NCBI RefSeq assembly: GCF_947568905.1
Contig: NC_079172.1
Location: 67,828,001 to 67,892,000 of the forward strand
Direction of reading: 5' to 3'
DNA from: Ostrea edulis
Lineage: Eukaryota
DNA length: 64,000 nucleotides
Shown: piece by piece, positions 13,005 through 26,193 of the stretch
Numbering within the stretch: the stretch's first letter is position 1
How the letters are laid out: every line of letters starts with the position of its first letter
Position numbers and translations under genes: made by a program
The notes under the pieces: generated by a model
Told to the model about the DNA's origin: nothing
The model's database searches: none
What the model saw: only the letters and a program-made list of their open reading frames with translations

Positions 13005-16000
13005 TCTAGATTCTTGTATTACAACATATTTAAAGTTCAAATCTACACCCTGTATTTCCTACAAATATACTTCTACTATTGCATCCAAACTTTATAATCA
13101 TAAACAAACTTGGAAGTGCCTAGATATAGACCATCTTATACGTAATTCACCAACGTGTTCGTCTTCTTCATCTTCTTTCATCTATAGTCCAGCTGGACAT
13201 GTCATCACTGGTGATGTTGATATAGTTGAAAATGAGGACCTCAAATCACTTATTTTAAAAGGTTCTAAATACAGAGAACATCGGTCTTTCAATTGGCGAC
13301 AGAACTTCATCTCTATTATGAATTCTGTCGAAGATTATGTCCGACAATGGGCTAAATATGAAAACAAACTTGATACATTGTCAGAATGGATTAAACGTAT
13401 AAGAGGAATATTAAAATTCCGCAATAAACATGTTACGATTCTGTAACTTTTATATAAATAAATAGTATGGTATTTGCCACGCATCTAATATAGTACATAC
13501 ATGATATTGTTACCAGATATCATATTTTTATTTCATATTCATCATTGGGATTTTCTTTATACTGCGTATACGAAATCGCTACATTAACCAAGTGTAGTCC
13601 GAATTTACTCTGTTATACATACGCCGCGAAGTATAAAGGAAGCAAACTATTGTTGTAGAACATATGTTTGACAATCCATTAGCTTACCTCACCATATAGT
13701 TAAAGTATATGTAGCTTCAGTCATAGTTTGTTTGATGATTATTATTATAATCTATTATCTTTAATTATGGCGCGATATTTACGCCGGATACAATATTCCG
13801 TATTCCTCGGTCGTTTTCCGAATTATCGGAACTACTTCCTGTTAAATGTTCTTGAAGTATGGCGCCAAATACGATTGTGTATGATGTCATCTGACAGCTG
13901 GGTGACGTACACAAAGTAAATAAATACGGAGACTTTGGATATTTAGAGCAGACGTTGTCTCAGCACTTCAAAAGGAAGCAGCTTTCCACTTCAGACCATA
14001 GTATGGCGCTCCAAGAGATAGGAGTCGAGGAATACCGTTGGGTAAATGTCACTTTATACTTTGAAAGTTAATGGTCAACATATTGAATGTTTACCGATAC
14101 CCATGAGTGGGATATTTCAAGTTATGTTGATTGCATAACTTTAACGACATTCAATTTCAAGTATACCTGTTGTCCGTTATGAAATGGAATCAACACTTTT
14201 ATAGTTGTGTTTAAACTTTGTCTTTGTTTGTAAGGCTCATTATTACAAGAAAGGTGAAGATAATTGTCTTTAAACAAACTTGGCATTAATTTCACTTTTG
14301 GTGATCCTACTTATACTCACTTCCCTTTCAAAACATCATATTCTTCAAACCCATGCTTCAATTGTAGATTCATTTAATATCCAAGTCAATGGGTCGGATG
14401 AATATGATTTATCGTACCTATACTGGATTCCTAAACTTCATAAAAACCCTTACAAAAATATACCTTGCAGGATCCAGTAAATCATCTACCAAGCCCCTAT
14501 TTTTGCTCCTCACGAAAATATTAACAGCTCTGAAGGAGAAACTTCAAACATACTGTGCGACTACATATGACAGAGTTGTGTAAATCAAATGTGGATTCCT
14601 TAAAAATGCTAAAGAACTTTTACTAAATTTGAAATTGCTAAACTTTCGCAAATCAGCAACATCAAAACGCATGACTTTTCAAAACTTTGCAAGACCATTC
14701 CTCTTGATAAATTAAAGACTAGACTTTTTTACATTATAGACAGTTGCTTCTCTCAACAAAAATGGAAAACGGAAATATTCATATCTAGTGATCAGTCATC
14801 CAAAAAATTAACTTTGTTAAACACCACTCTGATTCCACGCACAAGTACTCTGAAGTTGAAATAAAAGATATGTTGGAGTTCCTCACTGACAATATATTCG
14901 TAGTCTTTGGTAATCAGGTCTTCCAACATTCCATTGGAATTTCCATGGGCACCAATTGTACTCCTTTGTTAGCTGACCTGTTGTTTATTCTTATGAAGAA
15001 TATATTTTAAAACTTTTATGTGAGAAGAAAAAATATCTTGTTGTGGCCTTCAATTCGATCCCAATGAACACGAAATTAAAGACACCGCAGAGTCCTCAGA
15101 CAGGATTATTTTAATTTCTCCATCGTCAACTTCCCATATTTGTGTAGCAATATTCCATTATCACCTGCATATGGGGTTTATATATCTCAACTGATTCGAT
15201 ATGCAAGGGACTGTTCTGCGTATGTCCAGTTTTTAAATCGAGGCAAGAAATTAACAAAGAAGTTGATGTTACGGGGCTTTCAACAGTCCCGTTTAAATTC
15301 AGTATTTTGCAAATTGTATGGTCGGTATAATGATCTAGTTTGTCAATACAACCTCTCATTGGGTCAAATGCTGACTGGCATGTTTTATATCCATTGTTAG
15401 GCCGTTTTTAGCACTAATAATTTGACTACGGATTATTTTGTTTATCTGATAAAGATATGGGGCTCACGGCGAGTGTGACCGTTCGACAAAGGATGCCTTC
15501 TCCTTAGCACCTGATCCAATCTCTGGTATGTCAAGGGGGCCGTGTATGCCCAACTCTATTTTGTATTCCTTATAGGAGTTATGAGATCTATCATTGTTCG
15601 TTATCTTCATCTTTTTATCAACAATATTCGTTTTCATTCACAAGTCAATTCAATGCAAGGTGAAGATAATGAACAGTGATCAATCTCATAACCCCTACAA
15701 GCAATACAAAATAGATAGTTGGGCAAACACAGACCCTTGGACACACCAGAGGTGGGATCAGGTGCCTAGGAGGAGTAAGCATCCCCTGTTGACCGGTCAC
15801 ATCCGCCGTGAGCCCTATATCCTGATCAGGTAAACGGAGTTATCCGCAGTCAAAATCAGTGTGCCTATATATATCCTAGTGAACTCAAATAAAAGACATC
15901 ACAGAATATTCCACATCTGCTTTGTACTTAGATATTTTATTGAACATAGATGCTAACGGCAAACTAACAACTCGAATTTATGACAAATGGGATGATTTCA

Positions 16001-16392
16001 GCTTCTCTATCATTAACTTCCCATATCTATATAGCAATATTCTATTATCACCTCGACTTGCTACGCAAGAGCTTGTTCTGCCTATGATCGAGGCAAGCTA
16101 CTTAAAGGTTGATTTTAGAAGGGTTTCAACAGTCTCGTTAAAAGTCGTCATTTCGCATATTCTATGCTCATTATAACGATCTAGTTTGCATTTTTACCTT
16201 TCATTGGATAAACTGCTGTCTGGCGTGTTTCTCGTCGGTGTGACCAGTCGACAGGGGATGCTCTCTCCTCCTAGTCACATGATCCCACCTCTGGTGTGTC
16301 CAGGGGTCCGTGTGTGCCCAACTATCTATTTTGTATTGCTTATAGGAGTTATAAGATTGATCACTGTTCGTTATCTTCACCTTGCATTGTTC
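13005..16392 (+). mobile_element. Cluster of degenerate Penelope-like retroelement (RT) fragments
   Basis: Frames read GISMGTNCTPLLADL, YLDILLNIDANGKLTTRIYDK and SNIPLSPAYGVYISQLIRYAR. There are many frameshifts, terminal repeats in both orientations, and an interruption at 13431-14217. Confidence 0.8.
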
Positions 16393-16580
16393 CAAATTGG
16401 TTCTTGTAAAATTTCATTATTGTTCATATTTTGCACATTAGGAATTTTTTTTTTACATTGATTAAAGTAAGTTAACACCTCTTTATAAAATTGTAGAAGT
16501 TTGGTAAATATATCAAAGTTCTTTCAATCCGTACAATTAATTTTCAATATATATTCTAGATTTACATTATAAGCTCTTAA

Positions 16581-17965
16581 AGACCGAGTTTTTCGACCGG
16601 TCGGTTTACCTCAGGTAAGTTTAGTTGGGGGCGGAGCTAATTTTAAGCAAGTGTGAAGCCCCGAGGGAAGAATGGCAGCTTGTGTATAGCTTCCTGAATA
16701 CACGGGATGTCACCTGTACGTTTTCGTAAGATAAATCATAAGTGCAATTATTTTTCTTGTGCATGTTATTCAAAATATTGATAATTTTTTTTAATAAATC
16801 AAACATGTGAAAGTACGATAAATTTATTTTGTAATTGAGGACGTTAGCCATTGAAAAATTAGGCAGAAAATTCATAATTATAATCATGATGAAATAAAGT
16901 AAACTATCTACAGCTAGTCCATTCTTTACTGCCACAAATGCCCCACGTAAGGCTGCCTTTCAAGGTTTGGATACCATGCTCGGACTTTACGAGTAACACA
17001 GTCAGGCATGATGTCTCTCTTGTATCCGTGCGTCTGCCAAACATACAGATTCCTACGAGAATCCCTTCGTACTGCGGCGGATTTTCTGGCGATATAACGA
17101 TGATCGTCCCACACCCCACGATGACTCAACATAGTCCAGAATTTCTTATAAGTTTTTTCTGTTAGATTTATTTTTTCTGGACGGCACACCGGGATTTTCT
17201 GGCCACCAAAGTTGTCTGTGCGACTCGTCCATAGCGCACGGTCTACACCAACAGTCGGGACATTCAGCTCTTCCGGTATTTCCCTCAATAGCTGGTCCAG
17301 GCGAAGAGGGTACTTCCTCAGATATAACTTCTTCTTCCTCGGCATCCCAATCCCAACCATTGTGTGATAAAAGGGCCCTTACAGCGGATAATTTCTCTTC
17401 TGATAGAGTTGCGGTTACTTTTGTTGCCATATTTCGTCGTAAAATGACACTGATAACATTTCAACTGAATATAAACGGAATTTTAATGACGTATTTACTC
17501 ATAATTAAAATTTTGATAATAATATATAAACACGACATTTCAAACGAGAGTCGGTACAGTCTCTTGAGCATAAAAGTCATGTCCATGTAAATTATGTTCT
17601 AACCATCCATAATTTTCTATCGCACCTCTTCCTAAACACAACCCATCATAATTTATTATAATTGATGTAATCATATGTAAGATTTTCTACTCAATACATT
17701 ATATTTTGTGAATATAGATGTAATACAAAGCCATAATTTTCTTATCAAAACTTTCTCTATTGAGCTGACATACATGTACTACGCGGTAAACATCAAAAGA
17801 TTTCACGGACGCCTCGATCGAGAGACGAGGTAGACAATGTATACACACGGATTAGTAGCTAAATGTCCATCAATTTCTAGCATCCAATCTGAAGCTAAAT
17901 TTTTCCTGATTAACAGGGGTTTACAGACCAGGTAAAATTGAAGGCGGTGCTTATTTCCTCGGTCT
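16581..17965 (-). mobile_element. Non-autonomous TTAA-target DNA transposon (Kolobok-type AG...CT ends)
   Basis: TTAA 16577-16580|agaccgag ... ctcggtct|TTAA 17966-17969. Removing the element restores the Tx1 reading frame. Confidence 0.75.
16926..17430 (-). pseudogene. P2X7 intracellular (ballast)-like / KolX-like small protein, one frameshift
   Basis: Two overlapping ORFs are joined by a frameshift near 17150: ...ECPDCWCRPC...NRKNL / YKKFWTML...IMPDCVTRKVRAWYPNLERQPYVGHLWQ*. The C-terminus fits the ballast pattern [IL][LM]PxC...R..[FY]P....Y.G[FH] as I recall it. Confidence 0.6.
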
Positions 17966-20900
17966 TTAATAGTTGATGAAGGTGTGAACGTATAAAGTTG
18001 TGACCGTCAATTTTTATAAATCGCGGTATCCAGGCAGCTTTCAATGCGTGGAATTTAGTAAGTATATCTATTACTTCAATACCGCCATCTTCTATTTTAC
18101 CAATCAATGTTTTTCTTTTTATTCTATCGTTTGACCTCAATAGAAAATTAAAAATAATTCTACATCGCCGTTTAATAAAAGTTTGACTTGGGAGAGGTAG
18201 GATAGATGCAAAATAAATCAATTTGCTTATGCCTAAAGTATTAATTATTTCAGTTTTACCAAAGATTGTAAGTTTTCTCTTTTTCCATGACTCAAAAAGT
18301 TTTTGCATTTTTTCACTTTTATCAATCCAGTTTATTTTATAACATTCTTCTTTATCTACACCAATATATATTCCAAGGCATTTTACAGATGATGTATTTA
18401 CTTTTATTCCCTCCATTTTTTCTATGTTACGATGTAACCTACCTGGACCTGTCAATATACAGTCGGTTTTATCCACGTTTAGCTTTGATCCTACATGTTT
18501 GAAAAATTCATTGTTTTTAAAGCCTCCTTTAAAGATTCTACACTTGTAAGAAATAGTGTCAGATCATCTACATGATGAACATGTTTATACTCTTTACTAA
18601 ATTCAGAGGGTTTAATTCCTAAAATTTTATCCTCTTTCTTTATCTTTAAGGCCAGTATATCTGCGACAAATAGATATAGAATTGCCGAAATAGGGCATCC
18701 CTGTCGTATGCCTCTCCACATGGGACATGTTTTTGAGATCCAGACATTGTTTTTTAATCGAAATAACGGATGTTTATAAAGAATTTTCATCCATTTTATA
18801 AAATTATGTTAAAATGATATTTCTCTAGAGTTTTAAATAAGAAGTTCCATTCTATTGAATCGAACGCCTTTTCGAAATCTAAAATGTCTCCTTTTTATAC
18901 AGGAGGGAGATAACAGCAGTTCTCTGTGAAAAAGTCATTTGACCACTGTCAAATATTACTTTTAACGCTTCATGAAATAGGTCTTTTAATATTGGTAAAT
19001 TTCGTTTGTAAGACCATCCAGTCCTGGAGATTTGTTTGTTTTTAAATTTGTTACAGCATCAGTGCATTCCTCAAGAGATGGGAACTGCTCACAATAGTTT
19101 GCATCGTTCTCACTCAGTACAGTTTCTAAATCAATAGACGATAGATAATTATTTGTGCATTCATCTGATATATTATCAGACGAGTATAGACTTTTGTAGA
19201 AATAACACATAGCACCCAAAATATCGTAGTTGTTTTCTATGCGAGTATCTTCATTAACTTTCAATTCTTTTATGACACTTTGTTTCTGCCTACTTTTCTC
19301 TAAATTTAGAAAGAATTTTGAACAGTTTTCGCCTTCCAGCATCGATTTTGATCGTGACCTCACGAAGGCACTTTTACATCTTTTGTCATATAACTTATCT
19401 AGTTCTGACTCTAGGTTATGTTTTTATGCCTATAGATACTATAAAAATCAAGCTCCTCTATTTTATTTATTTCTTTTTCTATTGATTTAATGCAATTTTT
19501 TGTATCTAGATTTGATTCTTTCGAAAACTGAATAGAAAAATCCCGAGATTTTATTTTGAACGTTTCCCACTTATTTATTGGGTCTAATTCTTCATTATGT
19601 AAAACTTATACGGTACCAATGTTGATGCACCAGATGCGCATTTTGACAAATAATGTCTCTTCAGTGATGTTCAACCGAAATATTTGAAATCCGAAATGAC
19701 AATGAAGCTTTAGAGCTATTATAGGGAAAAACAGTGTGCCAAAAAAGTGGAGTCAAATTCGTCTAAGGATAAGAGCTATGCGTGAGGGAGATAAACTTTA
19801 ATTTTGAAATGATGTATTGAAATTATGTATCTCATCGATAATTCTATGAATTTCTTTTTTATAGTTTAAATCATGTAAATGGGAGTTATTAAGTTTCCAA
19901 TATTCATTTCCTTTTATTTCGTCTACTTAAAAACGTTATTTTAATGACCTATGGTCAGACATTTTTTTCGTATGATTATATTGTTTAAATCAAATGTAAA
20001 TTTTCTATTCAAACATATATAATCGATTCTATTACTAGTGATATCCTCTGAATTACACCATGTATGACCTTTAAAAGTTGGATGTCTTGATTGCAAAGTA
20101 TCATACAAATCAAAAGAACAAACTTTTTAAGCTTTGATGTACTTTGGTCATGAAAGTTATCTGTTTTACAGTTAAATTCCCTGCATATCATGATCTTGTC
20201 ATCTTCTGTTATACCTTGTTTTTGCAAAAAAAAATTGTGCAATTTTTAAAGAATGTGCATCTTTCTTTTAAAGTGTTTGGTGCGTAAATATTTACAAGTG
20301 AAAATATTTTTCCATGTAGTTTTGCTTTTAAAAATAATCTTCTTCCGTCCAATGATGCGTGTTTTTCAATTATTTCTAGTTTTAATTCTTTTTTTTTAAA
20401 GAATGCTAACACCTCTACTAAAAGGCGAATCGTTAAAGCAATGAACCGATTTACCGAACCATCTTGAGTTATACTTAAATATATTTTTTCTCAATAAAGT
20501 GTTTCTTGTAAAAAGATAATATCTACATTCATATCATTTAACCATGTATGTAACTTAACTTTTTTTCGTCCGAGTTTAATCCTCGAACATTTACGGACAG
20601 TATTTCAAACCTATCCATTTAGGCTAAAATGTTGAGGATAAATACAGTAATATGTAAATACATGTATATGTATACAAGTTGAAGAAAGTTTGCATATCTA
20701 TAAACTTGCAAAAAAAGATAGAAAAAATAGTTTTGTATAAGTTTTAGATAGTTTTGTATAAGTTTTAGATATCTAATTCAATTGTCCAGTTTCAGTCTGT
20801 GAATTGCGATATATGATTGTTACCTATCCGCTGTCATGGTCTGTGAGGTAGTAACAGATTGATCACATTCTTTTTTTGAATTATCACTATTTTCTGTTCC

Positions 20901-21555
20901 TGTTTCGGGAGTTTCGTCCAGTTCTCGGCTTTTTAGCATCGTTCTTTTGAATACTGCTGAGCATGTCTGAGATGTTCCTCTGGTCCGACAACTGAGTGTT
21001 CCTGGGGACGGATATTGATCGACTCGGGGGTCTGTTTTCACAAGCGATTTTGTGAATAAGCTTACTATTGATATTTTTGCCAGGCCATTTACCGTGATCT
21101 ACGTGATCCGTTCCTATCCGATTTAAGACAGTGCCCCAGAAATTGTCGTAGACGGCTTCAGCAAGCATAGTGGATATTCTTCCACTTGATTATATTTAGC
21201 CTTTCGAATTTCCTCCATTACTTCTTCTCGCTTAGACAGAATGTTCTAAAACCATATTGTCATAATTTTGGAGTTTCACTAATTCTGGTTATTTCTTTAT
21301 CTTGTATGCATGCTCAGCATTTATTGCTCTATACTGCTATCACAATGGGTAACGGGATATGTTTGTCAGCGTCCTACACTAGTGGTCGCCGATGTTCTCA
21401 TGGGAATATAAGGGTTCATTGTTTATATTCCTGATTAAGGTTAGCCATTATCGGTGCTTAATGGCTGGGAACCTTAAAGTTTGAGTCAGTTCTGTATGGG
21501 AGTTTGATACAGATGCGTGTCAGTTCTGCACTGTAAGCAGATGGACTGATGTGTA

Positions 21556-22290
21556 TCATCATCATCATCATCAATCCCGCGATGGGTGACGTCGTTGGGG
21601 AGGCAAGAGGGATAAAGCAGCAGAGACCCTTCTCCACTCGGTTCTGTCTTGGGCCGTTGTGATGAGTACTGGCATGGGTAGTGTGGTCCACTCCTTCACA
21701 TTATCTGTCCAACTTTTCCTTTGTCGGCCGCGGCAGCGTCCACCCTCTACGGTTCTCTGTAGTACGGTCTTTGCGAGGCTGTCGTGACGTACGACATGAC
21801 CAAGCCAGGCCATCTTCCGTCTCTTGACCATCTGTAGGAGGGTTTCTTAGGGGTCCACCAGGCTGGTGACCTTGTCTCTGATGAACTCATTAGTTTTGTG
21901 GAGCACGGTAGTGGATGCCGAGCAGTTTCCGTAGCCACTTGTTTTCAAAAGCCTGGACTTTCCTTTCGGTCTCAGCCATCAATGTCCATGTAGCACATCC
22001 GTACAAGAGGATGGAGATTACGAGAGACCTGTATAGGCTGTACTTTGTGTGGAAGTTGATGCTGCTCTTCCACATTCTATTGAGCCTCGCCATCGCTGAT
22101 GTTGCTGTGGCTATCCTTATTCGGATCTCTCCGGTGCATGTGTCATCCTTGTATAGCCTTGCCCCCAGGTTTTTGAAGCTTGTCACTTTCTCTAAGGTCT
22201 CTCCGTTCATAGTGATGTTTGCACTAATGTCGCTTGTGCTGTTGACCACCACTTTGGACTTTTCTACGTTGACCTCCATGACATAGGTCC
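21556..22290 (-). mobile_element. 5'-truncated RTE-clade LINE (3' end of RT ORF)
   Basis: LEKVTSFKNLG, LVISILLYGCATWTL, KRRKMAWLGHVVRH, EGGRCRGRQRKSWTDNV and AQDRTEWR, with a (TGA)n tail at 21556-21573. Confidence 0.88.
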
Positions 22291-22442
22291 CTGCACTGTC
22301 CACTAATTTGTTCTGTATATTGAACTTCAACTATTTGTAGTTGTTCAGCATAACATGTTGTGTGTAAATATGTGTATATTTGTAAGTAAACTGTAAATAT
22401 AACATCTGCCTTATTTTTAGACATTAGCAAATTACAATATAC

Positions 22443-22585
22443 NNNNNNNNNNNNNNNNNNNNNNNNNNNNNNNNNNNNNNNNNNNNNNNNNNNNNNNNNN
22501 NNNNNNNNNNNNNNNNNNNNNNNNNNNNNNNNNNNNNNNNNNNNNNNNNNNNNNNNNNNNNNNNNNNNNNNNNNNNNNNNNNNNN
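22443..22585. other. Assembly gap / masked N run (143 N)
   Basis: Run of N. Confidence 0.97.
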
Positions 22586-22879
22586 TAGAGTAAAGACTTC
22601 CACCCTGGTATATTTTTTATAACAGTATACTGATTTTTCAGACAAAACGCTTGTCATAGTTCGACAAAAATTCTTAAAATGCAATCAGCGAATCGTATCG
22701 AATTTAAACTAACCGTGGACGAGTTACATTTAAAACGAAAGTACGTTATTTCATAAGTGATATTAAGGACGCCCGGATAACAATAGATTTTGACTTGTTA
22801 ATTTTTCCACTCAGTGACAGTTTCGCGCAAAACACTAAAGCAACAGATGCTGATTTTATCTAAGGATATATCATTCTAG

Positions 22880-25800
22880 ATGGATACAGAAATCAACCCA
22901 TGGCCCATTGTGTGTGCTATTGATTTTGGGACTACATACAGTGGATATGCTTATTCCATGCGTACTGACTATGAGAGGAATCCCCTGGAGATCGAAAGGA
23001 ACCCAGCCTGGCTCAACGAAGGCCCAGGAACAATGAAAACGCCTACGTGTATTCTATTCGACAAGTCCAAAAACTTTCACTCGTTTGGGTATGAGGCTGA
23101 GAGGAAGTATGCATCTTTAGCAGAAAAAGCTCAAGAGGGACAAAATGAGGATGAGGACGATGACGAAGATGATGATAGCGACGAGGAGAAAAGTGGGAGT
23201 AGAACAAAAGACAATTTTAATGATTGGCTTTTCTTTCGGAGGTTCAAAATGAAGCTTTTCCAAAATGAAGATTCGACAGTGGTATGTGTCAACATGAATT
23301 GAATCATATTGATAACATTTTTATCGTACCTGCTTCCGATGTAATGATTTTTATCGGAAGAGAGTTCACAAAAGCTATTCCTCTTCCACGATCTTTTTTA
23401 GTTTTGTTTAGATTAAATGCACTCTATATCTCTGTAAAGAACATGTTTTACATTATTTCAAAGATTGGCTTCTCTTTCGGAGGTTTAAAATGAAGCTTTT
23501 CCAAAATAAAGATTCGACAGTGGTATGTGTCAACATGAATCATATTGATAGCATTTTATCATACCTGCTTCCGATGTACTGATCTTTATTGGAAGAGAGC
23601 TCACAAAGGTTATTCCTGTACCCCGATCTTTTTTAGTTTTGTTTAGATTAAATATACTCTATATCTCCATAAAGAACATGTTTTGCATTATTTCAAAGAA
23701 ATCTACACCAAAAAGATTTTACAAAGTTCGTGTATTTACAAAGAAGCATACATCATAAGGGGACATCATTTAAGTTTCATAATAATATATCAATTGTAAA
23801 CTGTTCTGTAACAAGCCTTCAGTTTTGGAATCAGAAACCCGTATTGATAACATTCCAAAAACATTGTAAGGAGAAAGTTAACTGATGTTCAGGATTCTCA
23901 CTCCTTTTAACCTTAGGCATTTATTTGTCCTAGATTTCGACTACATGTTCATTCTAAAATGTGAATAGAACACATTTTAAACTACAGATATGCGGTACTA
24001 TTTTCAGAGAAGAAGGAAGTTAAACAAATTACATTTGAGTGCAGAAAATGGAGAAAAACTTCCAGCTGTGAAAGTATTTTCAGAAGCCATAAGATATCTC
24101 AAAAGACACTTTGAAGGTTTATTGGAGAATACAACACTGCGACAAGATGGTAATCGAAACAACACTCCTGCAATATCAGCAGACGATGCAAAACGATTAT
24201 CAGACGACAGTGAATGTACGAAGAACTCTAACGTTTTATCTTCGTCTGACGATATTTTGTGGGTTCTCACTGTTCCTGCTATTTGGTCTGACGAAGCCAA
24301 ACAGTTCATGAGAGAAGCTGCTATTCAGGTACCGCTAGTGAAATGTTAAACCATTGCCAGCTGAATTGCGCATTAAATGTACCTGTTAGAATTTAAAGTA
24401 GAATAACGGACGGTTGATTAGTAACTTGACTATTTTGTGAAATGAATTACGATTATTATGATGTATGTATGCATTGTGAAACGAACATTTTAATTAAAGA
24501 AAAAATTCTATTTTAGGCCGGTATAGAGGATGATAAACTAATTTTGGCCTTAGAACCGGAGTCAGCAGCTCTGCTTTGTAAACAGTTAGCTCTGATTAGA
24601 GACGTCGAAGATATCAACATCAAGATGTTTGACACCGGAAGCAAGTTCATGGTGGTAGACTGTGGAGGTAGGGGATGGATCCTCGGTGATTTTGTATTTA
24701 TACTTAGTGATGCATTTCATTCTACCTATAACAATCAAACGGATACTAGGTAAAAAAAAAAAATAAAAAAAAAAACTCTTCAAAACTGCTTCAATATGGC
24801 ATACTGTGGATTCGCTGAAATTTGTCGGGGATGTGTTTCATGATTTGTTAATATTTTACACTTGTGGTAGGATTTGATTTCATGTACAGTATATGTTTTT
24901 CGTAAACTAAACATAATATAAATTGTGCATTTTCGTTGGGATTTGAAATTCATGGGATATCCAGGGAAACAGAATCCCACGAAATTGAATAATTCCACAG
25001 AAAATGTCAATTTTAGTTATTAAAAGTATTTTGTATTGTGCCATATGTTTGTAGGCGGTACAGTAGATGTAACAGCATATGAGGTGATAGACAGCAACTC
25101 TCTGAGAGAAATACACTGTGCCTCAGGGAATGACGTAGGAGGAACCAATGTCGACAGACTGTTCTTCGATCTGATACAAGATATTTTTGGGAAGAAAGCA
25201 GTCAAATGTTTCAAAGATAATTCCCCGTCTGATTATTTAGAACTGTTGAGAAGCTTTGAAACAAAGAAACGGGGCATCGAACAACGAAATCCCGATGAGG
25301 AAAAGGCTGAAACAATTACTTTTTCAAACCTTTCGGATCTTTTCAAAGAATGCAGCAAGGCTAACCAGAACAATGATAAAGCAGTATCCTCAAGAATACA
25401 AGAGATGGACTTGAAGAAGAAAATAAAAGCATTCAGTCGTGCAAAGTTACGCTTTGACGCGAATTATTTGATTGAGGCTGTCTTTGACAGCCCCATTTCG
25501 GCCATAGTAGGTCACTTACAAGATCTTAATCAAACTGAGAAGGTAGCTGAAATCGATATTATTTTACTTGTGGGTGGCTTTTCCGAATGTCCGTTATTAC
25601 GGAAAGCTATCAAAGCTCAATTTCCTAACAAAAAAGTGATAAATCCGCGAGAAGGAAGCATCGCTGTGATGAAAGGGGCTGTTCTGTTTGGACACAGCCC
25701 CGAAAATATGATACGGAAATCCATTCAACTAGGACAGGTATTTCCATCCAATGAGACCCAGGGTATTATCCGGAAAAGCAAGGCGTATTATGGCGTCGCT

Positions 25801-26193
25801 ACAGACGTCCCTTTTATTGACGATGAACATCCACAGATGCATAAATTTATCAGCGAGAGTGGAGAGGTGATGTGCACGGACATCTTTGATTGCTTGATTG
25901 AAAAAAACCAAGAACTGAAGTTAGGTACTGTCATAGAAAAAAAATTTTGTTCATCCAACTCTTTTGAGGCGAACGTTGAAATTTACCGATCTGACAATAA
26001 CGTCCGTTACTGTTCTGATGAGGGTTGCAAAAGGATTGGACAAATTTCTGCAGAATTTCCAGAAGATATCCATTATTCTGAAAAAAGATTATTTAAAATC
26101 CAGCTACACTTTGGGTTTACGGAGAAAATAGCCATAGCTGTCGATCTTACAACACAACGATCTTGGAAAGTGAAACTTAACTGTCTTCTTTGA
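22880..26193 (+). CDS. HSPA12A: Heat shock 70 kDa protein 12A-like, copy 2 (670 aa predicted)
   Basis: Exons 22880-23281, 24008-24328, 24517-24667 and 25055-26193 total 2013 nt in frame, with the same motifs as copy 1. Confidence 0.92.

Larger units (their letters stand above)
16393..20618 (-). mobile_element. Degenerate Tx1/L1-clade non-LTR retrotransposon ORF2 (APE endonuclease + RT), interrupted by nested insertions
   Basis: From ATG 20618: MDRFEILSVNVRGL, LLQET, LVNIYAPN, EGENCSKFFLNLEK, KSPGLDGLTNE, GIRQGCPIS, HVDDLTLFL, KCLGIYIG. Beyond the 16581-17965 insert the frame continues FYKEVLTYF...EILQEPIWNN. Confidence 0.85.

Noticed and set aside
17140-17165. A_AAA_AAC slippery heptamer just before the stop of the first KolX-like ORF, suggesting a programmed -1 frameshift
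   Set aside because: The conserved downstream frame (YKKFW) is +1 relative to the first ORF, and a -1 slip hits TGA within a few codons. A 2-nt deletion in tatat, or a sequencing error, explains it better.
20820-21170. Possible ORF1 of the Tx1 element
   Set aside because: The position fits, but I could not recognise any ORF1 motif, so it is left outside the element call.
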